Below are positions 56,958 to 64,000 of a stretch of 64,000 nucleotides of DNA, piece after piece. This DNA is from an uncultured delta proteobacterium (GTDB lineage: Bacteria > Myxococcota > Kuafuiibacteriia > Kuafuiibacteriales > Kuafuiibacteriaceae). The stretch is taken from assembly GCA_963803435.1 (NCBI GenBank), contig CAWDML010000009.1, positions 1,472,001 to 1,536,000 on the forward strand, written 5' to 3'. The translations under genes were made by a program, and so were the position numbers. Under the pieces are notes generated by a model, which was not told the origin of the DNA, did no database searches, and saw only the letters and a list, made by a program, of their open reading frames with translations. Every line of letters begins with the position of its first letter. The first letter of the stretch is position 1.

Positions 56958-58050
56958 TCAACTCTCCAGCGCGGCGCGCGCCATGATCGACCAGCGCGAG
57001 AAGCCCCGCTCGAAGCTGGGATCGCCGGCGTGCCGGGGGACCCCCACGATCCGGACCGCGTCGCCGTCGGCCTCCAGCCAGAGCCGGCCCTGGGCCCGAT
57101 TACCCGCCAGCGCGCCGAAGCCGAGGAGCGCCAGCCCCGCGATCAGGAGGAAGGAGGCCGGCTGCGCCGAGAGGCCGGTCCCGGGGAGCGCGACCACGCC
57201 GATCTGCACCGCCTGGATGGAGACGACGTCCTTGCGATGCCGCTCGTCGAAGCCGGGAGGCGCGTTCTGGTAGACCCAGAAGTCGACCGTCCGGCTCTCC
57301 TTGTCGTCGACGATCTGATCCATCCTGATCGCCGGCCCCAGGCCGTTGCGATCGATCGAGTAGTCCCGGATCACGTAGTGGGGCCGCCACTGGAAGAACT
57401 GATACGGCTCGCCGGTCGCCATGTCGAAGCGGCCGACGGTCCCGGTCCTGGAGTCCTTCACATCGAGGATCGCGTGGACCACCGACTTGTTCCGCGACGG
57501 CGGATGGACGGAGAGGCCGGCGCCCACCACCAGCAGCACCAGCCCGAGGTGCGCGAACAGCGGCGCGATCTCGGCGCGGCGCGCGGTCTCGAACATCATC
57601 GTGACCTTGCTCCCGTCGACCCGCTCCGACACGGGTGAGCCACCCATCAGCGTCCGGAAGGTCGCCCGCAGCGCCTCGACGGCCCGCTCGGGGAGCGGGG
57701 CGGTCAGGCTCTCGGCGTAGGGCGCGGCGCGCGGAGGATCGATCATCCCGCTCCGCACGCCCAGGGTCATGCGGTGGCGCAGCACCACCGCAGCCACGTT
57801 GATCAAGAGCAGCGCGCCGAGCGCCCGGATCCACGCCGAGCTGAACACCTCCGTCAGGCCCCAGCGCGCCAGCTCCTGGATCTGGTTCGCGTACGGCAGC
57901 CGCGCCAGCTCGACGGCCTCCCAGCCTTGCGGGACGACGGCGGCGGTCCCGGCCAGGATCGCCGCGGCCATGGCCAGGACTGCGGTGGTGCGGAGGGACG
58001 AGAGGGCGAGCCAGAATCCGCTCGAGGGCCGAAGGTGCGTGCGTCGTCAT
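56958..58050 (-). CDS. Cytochrome c biogenesis ResB/Ccs1-like protein; +1 frameshift at about 58016
   Basis: Repaired N-terminus xWLALSSLRTT, AVVPQ, VFSSAW, AHLGLVLLVVG, C-terminal TM followed by RLW. ATG overlaps the upstream stop. Confidence 0.75.
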
Positions 58051-58511
58051 CCGCGCTTCTCCTTCTTGGGCAGGGTCTCATCGGTTCTCTTGTGGCGCAC
58101 CAAATCGAGCTTCTCGTCGAACTTGAAGAGGTCGACGCTCGGTGCGTCCGTGGTGTGGCAGGCGGTGCAGACCGGGGCCTCGATCTTCTGGAGCCCGCTG
58201 AGCTCGGAGAGCGTCTTGTCCCGCATGACGTAGCTCGGCTCGTAGTAGCGGCCGGCGCCGTGGCAGGACTCGCACTGGACCCCCGCGAGGTTCGGATCGG
58301 GGTTGGCCGGGGACATGGTATGGCAGGTGCGACACGTCGGGTCCTCGCGCTGAACCGACGAGAGCCGCGCCAGCGAGTTCGCGTGCCCGGACCGCTTCCA
58401 CTGCTTGTACTCGACCTCGTGGCAGCTCCCACACCGCTCGGCCCCCACGAAGTCGTCCGCGTAGGCGTGGGCCGCGAGGAAAAGGATCGGGAGCGAGAGC
58501 CAGAGGCGCAT
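58047..58511 (-). CDS. Periplasmic tetraheme cytochrome c (c554-like)
   Basis: Signal peptide; CGSCH, CRTCH, CESCH, CTACH; W..SGHA and GVQCESCHG. Confidence 0.9.
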   Translation of the reverse strand: MRLWLSLPILFLAAHAYADDFVGAERCGSCHEVEYKQWKRSGHANSLARLSSVQREDPTCRTCHTMSPANPDPNLAGVQCESCHGAGRYYEPSYVMRDKTLSELSGLQKIEAPVCTACHTTDAPSVDLFKFDEKLDLVRHKRTDETLPKKEKRG

Positions 58512-58601
58512 GGCCCCCGAGAGGCTAGCAGGCGACAAGTTGCAGTCAAGACAGGCGTGTTTGACACCTCGATTCCCTTCCGGCACTGACGGCGTATTCC
58601 T

Positions 58602-59204
58602 GTGATTGGACTGACGGGGGGGATCGGAACCGGGAAATCGGTGGTGTCACGGATGCTGGCGGCGCTGGGGGCCGCCATCATCGACGCCGACGTCCTGGCG
58701 CGGGAGGTGGTCGAGCCGGGGAGCCCGGCCTTCGACGCCATCGTGGCCCACTTCGGCCGAGAGGTGGTCGATCCGACCACCGGGGGGATCGACCGGAAGG
58801 CGCTGGGCGCGATCGTCTTCTCCGACGGCGCAGCCCGCGCGGCCCTCAATGCGATCGTCCATCCGGCGGTGGCAGCCCTCGCGATGCAGCGGATGCAGGC
58901 GGCGCGCGAGGCCGGCGCCCCGCTGATCGTGTACGACGTGCCGCTCCTCTACGAGAACGGCCTCGATCGCATGCTGCCGGCGGTCGTGGTGGTCCGCGCG
59001 AGCCCCGAGGTGCAGCGCGCGCGGGTGCGGGCCCGCGATGGGCTTTCGGACCAGGAGATCGAGGATCGCATCGCCGCTCAGATGCCGCTCGCCGAGAAGG
59101 TGGCGCGGGCAGATCATGTCATCGACAACGACGGAGACCTGGCGGCCACGCGTCGCCAGGTCGAGGCGCTCTACCGGGCGCTGACGGGGGAAACGTCCAC
59201 ATGA
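58602..59204 (+). CDS. coaE: Dephospho-CoA kinase
   Basis: Motifs GLTGGIGTGKS, IIDAD, DVPLLYE, RIAAQ, VIDNDG. Confidence 0.97.
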   Translation: MIGLTGGIGTGKSVVSRMLAALGAAIIDADVLAREVVEPGSPAFDAIVAHFGREVVDPTTGGIDRKALGAIVFSDGAARAALNAIVHPAVAALAMQRMQAAREAGAPLIVYDVPLLYENGLDRMLPAVVVVRASPEVQRARVRARDGLSDQEIEDRIAAQMPLAEKVARADHVIDNDGDLAATRRQVEALYRALTGETST

Positions 59205-60331
59205 CCGAGCCAGCGAGTCAGATCCTGATGACCGGCTTTCCGGGTTTCATCGCCCGGCGGCTGCTCACCAAGCTCCTCTCCGCCGACGACGCGGTCCGCG
59301 CCGTGGTGCTGGTGGAGGCCTCGCAGGAGGAGCCGGCCCGAGCCCTCATCGGCCGCATGGCCGACCGCGACACCTCCGAGTCGCCGCTGGGCGCCCGCGT
59401 CGACGTGGTGGTCGGGGACATCACCGCGATGGACTGCGGCCTGTCCGGCGCCGAGTTCCGGGCGCTGACGGAGAACGCGACCGAGGTCTACCACCTGGCC
59501 GCCATCAACTCGCTGTCGGCCGATCGCCGTCTCTTCGAGCTGGTGAACGTCCACGGGACCGCCAACGTGCTGGCGCTGGCCCGGGCCATGCGCCGGCTCG
59601 AGCGCTTCGTGCACTTCTCCAGCGCCTACGTCTCCGGCGATCGATCCGGGGTGATCATGGAGGACGAGCTCGATCGGGGACAGGGGTTCCGCAACAACTA
59701 CGAGGCCACCAAGCACCAGGCGGAGCTGCTGGCGCGCCGGGCGATGGAGCGCATCCCGATCACCGTGATCCGGCCGGCCGGCGTCGTCGGCGACTCCCGG
59801 ACCGGAGAGATCGATCGGTTCGACACCGCCTACCACCTGGGGATGCTGCTGGTCGCCTCGCCGGTGGCCTTCGCCGTCCCGATCCCGGGCGAAGGCCACG
59901 CGCCGCTGAATCTGGTGCCGGTGGACTATCTCGTCGACGCCGTTCACGCGATCGTGGGGGAGCCGGACACCATCGGGACGACCTTTCACGTGGTGGATCC
60001 GAACCCGTTGAGCACGCGCCGCGTGTACGAGGCCATCGCCGAGCGGGCGGGCCGGAAACTGCCCAAGTTCTCGGTCTCGGCCAACGTGACCAAGGCCCTC
60101 CTCCGGATCCCGGGCCTCGAGCGCCTGGCGCCGGTGAGCCACCACGCGATCGACTACCTGAACAACATGGCCTTCTATAACTCGAGGAACACACTCGCCG
60201 CCCTCGAGGGGACCGGGATCCGCTGCCCGCACTTCGAGAGCTACGTCGAGAACCTCATGCAGTACGTGCGCGATTACTTCGAACAGGCCGGGCGCTGGAA
60301 GGATTCGGAGCGACCGGAGCAGCGCCCGTGA
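59201..60331 (+). CDS. Extended SDR / NAD-binding-4 (male-sterility-like) oxidoreductase
   Basis: Motifs TGFPGFIA, GDIT, HLAA, NVHGT, YEATK, VPVDY. Confidence 0.88.
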   Translation: MTEPASQILMTGFPGFIARRLLTKLLSADDAVRAVVLVEASQEEPARALIGRMADRDTSESPLGARVDVVVGDITAMDCGLSGAEFRALTENATEVYHLAAINSLSADRRLFELVNVHGTANVLALARAMRRLERFVHFSSAYVSGDRSGVIMEDELDRGQGFRNNYEATKHQAELLARRAMERIPITVIRPAGVVGDSRTGEIDRFDTAYHLGMLLVASPVAFAVPIPGEGHAPLNLVPVDYLVDAVHAIVGEPDTIGTTFHVVDPNPLSTRRVYEAIAERAGRKLPKFSVSANVTKALLRIPGLERLAPVSHHAIDYLNNMAFYNSRNTLAALEGTGIRCPHFESYVENLMQYVRDYFEQAGRWKDSERPEQRP

Positions 60332-60380
60332 TCGCGCCGAGGTAGCGCCCGGCGCCCTGCTCTGATAGCCCTGACCAAAT

Positions 60381-61079
60381 CTGATCCCGATCCGCGACAT
60401 CAACGCGCGGGTGCGCTTCCCGATCGTCAACTATGGGCTCATCGGCCTGTGCATCCTCGCGTTCCTCTACCAGCTCTCGGTCAAGGACGTCGACGCCCTG
60501 ATCCGGACGTATGCCATGGTCCCGGCTCACCTGCACGCGGCCCTCGGTCACCCGACGGCGGCGGCGCTCCTCCAGCAGCTGCAAGCCGTGTTGACATCGA
60601 TGTTCCTTCACGGAGGCTGGTTTCACATCATCGGGAACCTGCTCTACCTCCGGGTCTTCGGCGACAACGTCGAGGACCGCTTCGGTCATGCGGCCTTCCT
60701 CCTCTTCTACCTGCTCTCCGGGATCGCGGGCGCCGTCGGGCAGTACGCCATCGATCCGATGAGCAGCACACCGGTCATCGGAGCGTCGGGCGCGATCGCG
60801 GGCGTGCTCGGCGCGTACATCGTGCTGTTTCCCTCCGCCAAGGTGGTGACGCTCTTCCCGGTGTTCATCTTTCTCACCTTCATCGAGGTCCCCGCCTTCG
60901 TCTTTCTCGGCCTCTGGGCCGCCCAGCAGCTCCTCTATGGATATGCCGCGATCGGCCTGGAGAGCGCCGATCACATCGCGTGGTTCGCCCACCTCGGCGG
61001 CTTCTCGGTCGGGCTCGGCGCCGGGCTGATCTTCCGGGTGAGCAAACGTTGGCGTCGTCGCCGTCGCGGCCGCGCGTAG
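60381..61079 (+). CDS. Rhomboid family intramembrane serine protease
   Basis: Motifs SMFLHGG..H..GN, GASGA, AHLGGF. The family-like N-terminus xIPIRD begins at 60381 (CTG as read; ORF track start is 60411). Confidence 0.9.
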   Translation: MIPIRDINARVRFPIVNYGLIGLCILAFLYQLSVKDVDALIRTYAMVPAHLHAALGHPTAAALLQQLQAVLTSMFLHGGWFHIIGNLLYLRVFGDNVEDRFGHAAFLLFYLLSGIAGAVGQYAIDPMSSTPVIGASGAIAGVLGAYIVLFPSAKVVTLFPVFIFLTFIEVPAFVFLGLWAAQQLLYGYAAIGLESADHIAWFAHLGGFSVGLGAGLIFRVSKRWRRRRRGRA

Positions 61080-61119
61080 AGCTTGCGCGAGCCGAGATCC
61101 AGGTGCTAACCGGACCGCG

Positions 61120-62571
61120 GTGCGGCTCTGGGCGCTCCTCCCCTTCCTCCTGGTGACGCCGTCGACCGCGCGCGCACAGAGCGTCTCCGTCACCGCGCGC
61201 AGTATCTTCCACGCCTATCAGATCCAGCTGTTCCCCGGGCAGCAGGACAGCCCGGAGCGAAAGCTGGATCGTTTCTACCAGACGCTCGACGCGGGCGCGT
61301 GGTTCCTGGGACCGGACGGGGACATCAGCACCGTCCTCTCGTTTCGCTACGACACCGACTTCGGCACCAGCGCCGTCGACAACACCGGTGACATCCGCGG
61401 TCTCTCGTCGGTCGGCGACGTCGATCTGCTCTACCTCTACGTCCAGTGGGACAACCTGATCGATCGCCACCTCGACCTGCGGTTCGGACGTCAGGTCCAG
61501 ATCGACGATCTCGACTGGTACAGCTTCGACGGGCTCAAAGCGACCGTGCATCTGCTCCCTCACGGTGAGGATCTCCTCGACGTCGAGATCTACCTGGGCC
61601 TGCCGGTGCGCTTCGATCAGCTCTTCTCGAGCGAGCCCTTCATCAACGACGGCGTGATGGTCGACGACGCGCCCGGATACTTCGGGGGCCTCACCGCCGG
61701 CGGCAACGCCTCCTTTCGGATGTTCGGGCTGGCGCTGGCGGCCGCGTTCCGTCAGGAGCTCATCTTCCGCAAGGACGACCTCGACGTCTTCGCGATGCAG
61801 CCCGAGGCCGCCGCGCGCTCGGCCGGCAAGTTCGCCATGCAGGAGAGCCTGCTCGGCTTCTCGGCCGGCTACACGGTGAAGCCGATCGGGCTCGACTTCT
61901 ACGGACATTTGACCTGGAACCTGCTGGTCGGCGATCTCAATCAGGCCCGCGCCGGGATCGGGTTCACGCCCTGGGCGTTCCTGCACTTCGGCGCCGAGTA
62001 CCTGCGGAGCCGCCCGCGCTTCCTGGGCGACTCCATCTGGAACTTCTTCAACATCTTCGCCTACGACAAGGGCCGCTTCGAGGCCTCGATGAAGTTCCTC
62101 GAGTACTTCGAGCTCTCGCTCGGATACTACCTGCAGGAGTTCCGAGGAAGCGACATCGACGGCACCACCGCGTTTCAGGGCTCGAGCTTCAACCACGGGC
62201 CCAGCGGCGGTCTCACCTTTCGCTGGCAGCGGATCGCGGCCGGTTTCTACGCGGAGGGCTCCTCCAACCTGAACAGCGACTACGGCTACGGTGGCAACTA
62301 CCGCTACGGGCAGGTCTTCGCCGACGGCGAGTTCCTCGACGGCCTCCTCGGCGGCACGGTCCGCTTCTCCTTCACCACCTTCCAGAACGATTGGTCGGAG
62401 CAGATCGACGACGGCATCGTCGACCCAGCCCACAACAGCTTCGCGCTCGACGTGGGCGCGCGAACGAACATCTACGACTGGGTCCAGCTCCGCATCAACT
62501 TCGTCAAGAACTTCAGCTCCGATCTCGAGGGCAGCTACCGCGTCTACAGCGAGCTGGCCCTCCACTATTGA
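61120..62571 (+). CDS. Putative outer-membrane beta-barrel associated with a multiheme cytochrome
   Basis: Signal ending ARA|Q, LRFGRQ..FDG motif, aromatic-rich amphipathic strands, C-terminal Tyr. Confidence 0.7.
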   Translation: MRLWALLPFLLVTPSTARAQSVSVTARSIFHAYQIQLFPGQQDSPERKLDRFYQTLDAGAWFLGPDGDISTVLSFRYDTDFGTSAVDNTGDIRGLSSVGDVDLLYLYVQWDNLIDRHLDLRFGRQVQIDDLDWYSFDGLKATVHLLPHGEDLLDVEIYLGLPVRFDQLFSSEPFINDGVMVDDAPGYFGGLTAGGNASFRMFGLALAAAFRQELIFRKDDLDVFAMQPEAAARSAGKFAMQESLLGFSAGYTVKPIGLDFYGHLTWNLLVGDLNQARAGIGFTPWAFLHFGAEYLRSRPRFLGDSIWNFFNIFAYDKGRFEASMKFLEYFELSLGYYLQEFRGSDIDGTTAFQGSSFNHGPSGGLTFRWQRIAAGFYAEGSSNLNSDYGYGGNYRYGQVFADGEFLDGLLGGTVRFSFTTFQNDWSEQIDDGIVDPAHNSFALDVGARTNIYDWVQLRINFVKNFSSDLEGSYRVYSELALHY

Positions 62572-62581
62572 GGAGGCCGAG

Positions 62582-63823
62582 ATGACCGGACGCGCCAGCC
62601 TCTTCTTCGCCCTCCCGATGCTGCTCGCCGCCGCCGGCGTGGCCTCGGGCGCCTTCTTCGAGGAGGGTCCGAACGGGACCATCTTCCCCAAGCAGAAGAT
62701 CCCGATCTTCTTCAACCACGCCTATCACGTGCGAAAGCCCGACGAGGCCAAGGGGATCACGGGCGAAGGCCTCGAGTGCACCTTCTGCCACGAGAACGTC
62801 TCCAGCTCGGCCCTGTCGAGCGATCGCGACATCCCCGGCCACGACTCGTGCGACTCCTGCCACGACCAGGTGGGGGAGCCCGAGCACTGCTCGTTCTGCC
62901 ACAAGGATCTGCTCGACACCTCGCGGACCACCACGGTCGCCGAGCCGCTCTTGATCCCGCAGCCGAACGTGAAGTTCGCTCACGCCTCGCACGTGAAGAA
63001 CGGCGTCGAGTGCGTGGCCTGCCACAAGAACGTGCCGAACGAGGGCGTCGCCACCCGCGACGACTATCCGACGATGGATCGCTGCATCGAATGCCACAAG
63101 GAGCGCAGCGTCTCCACCGAGTGCCGCACCTGCCACTTCACGACCCGGGACGGGAAGGTCCAGAAGTACTACCCGAGCGGCGAGCTGAAGCCGACGCGCT
63201 ACCACAGCTTCGCGGTGCACGACCCCAAGTTCCTGGACGATCACGCGGTGCCGGCCCAGCGCAACAAGCAGTACTGCGCCGATTGCCACTCCGAGCGGGA
63301 CTGCCTGGCCTGCCACGACGGCATCGGTCGCGACGTGCGCTATCACCCGGGCGACTGGATCGCGATCCACTACCTGGAGGCGCGGAAGGACGAGCTCCGC
63401 TGCCAGAGCTGCCACCGGCTGCAGACGTTCTGCTTCAACTGCCATCTGCAGAGCGGGGTGGCGAGCATCGGACCCACCAACAACGCGCGCCCGTTCACCT
63501 TCACCCAGCGGACGATCCGCCGCGACGGCGACGTGCCGAACGGGCCCCATCCGATGGGCCCCAAGTGGACCGGCGAGAACCCGGCCGATCGCTCCAGCAA
63601 GCTCTTCCACGGCTTCCACGCGCAGCGGAACATCCGCGCGTGCGTCTCGTGTCACCAGGAGCAGTTCTGCATCCAGTGCCACGGCTCGGCCCTGACCGGC
63701 TCGAGCAGCGGCTTCAACCCGCACGGCCCCAACCCCGAGCGCCTCAAGGGCAGCGCCGCCAGCCAGCACGTGGCGCGCGTCTGCCTGAAGTGCCACAGCC
63801 CAACAGATCCCAACTGGCGGTGA
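62582..63823 (+). CDS. Multiheme cytochrome c with 13 CXXCH motifs
   Basis: AGGAGG RBS then ATG at 62582; signal peptide; 13 CXXCH motifs counted by eye; FNHAYH and FAHASH distal-ligand motifs. Confidence 0.92.
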   Translation: MTGRASLFFALPMLLAAAGVASGAFFEEGPNGTIFPKQKIPIFFNHAYHVRKPDEAKGITGEGLECTFCHENVSSSALSSDRDIPGHDSCDSCHDQVGEPEHCSFCHKDLLDTSRTTTVAEPLLIPQPNVKFAHASHVKNGVECVACHKNVPNEGVATRDDYPTMDRCIECHKERSVSTECRTCHFTTRDGKVQKYYPSGELKPTRYHSFAVHDPKFLDDHAVPAQRNKQYCADCHSERDCLACHDGIGRDVRYHPGDWIAIHYLEARKDELRCQSCHRLQTFCFNCHLQSGVASIGPTNNARPFTFTQRTIRRDGDVPNGPHPMGPKWTGENPADRSSKLFHGFHAQRNIRACVSCHQEQFCIQCHGSALTGSSSGFNPHGPNPERLKGSAASQHVARVCLKCHSPTDPNWR

Positions 63824-64000
63824 TGACGATGTACCGAGAGCGACTGGCCGCCGTGCGGCGGCAGATGGAGAAGATGGGCGTCGACGTGATGTTGGTGCGC
63901 TCGGCGGACCGATACCTCAACGAGTACGTGCCGCCCGACGAGTCGGCCCGCATCTGGATCACCGGCTTCAACGGCTCGATGGGCGAGGCCGTCCTCACCA
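63823..64000 (+). CDS. Aminopeptidase P family protein, 3'-partial
   Basis: Own translation MTMYRERLAAVRRQM...SADRYLNEYVP...RIWITGFNGSMG; start overlaps the upstream stop (TGATG). Confidence 0.85.
   Translation, partial: MTMYRERLAAVRRQMEKMGVDVMLVRSADRYLNEYVPPDESARIWITGFNGSMGEAVLT

Noticed and set aside
60381-61079. Rhomboid as the dedicated processing protease of the polyprotein
   Set aside because: It lies 7 kb away in the coaE gene run. Rhombosortases act on GlyGly-CTERM, and nothing in the sequence links this one to MYXO-CTERM.

Overview
GC-rich (about 70% by eye) bacterial chromosomal window. MYXO-CTERM sorting tags, Pkn-type Ser/Thr kinases, a TolQ/TolR-type motor triplet and Cys-rich lipoproteins point to Myxococcota. 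Most of 1-41 kb is housekeeping (aroC, purSQL, topB, rpsA, cmk, aroA, hisC, accA, miaA, mutL, lpxH-like) mixed with envelope genes. The standout locus is 41.5-53.4 kb. A roughly 3,090-codon gene (after repairing two single-base frameshifts) encodes three complete adhesin-like surface proteins in one reading frame. At each internal junction a MYXO-CTERM anchor runs directly, through a shared Arg cluster, into a new signal peptide with an AxA|Q cleavage site. I read this as a candidate self-segmenting polyprotein; a fourth paralog follows as a separate gene. Next comes a 1.8-kb element bounded by CTAG and about 70-bp inverted repeats, carrying a four-helix-bundle gene and a truncated IS1182-type transposase. 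The window ends with a c-type cytochrome cluster (ResB, a tetraheme cytochrome, a beta-barrel and a 13-heme cytochrome). Six reading-frame breaks lie at or beside GATC, which suggests methylation-linked sequencing errors rather than true pseudogenes. All calls come from motif reading by eye; no database search was run.
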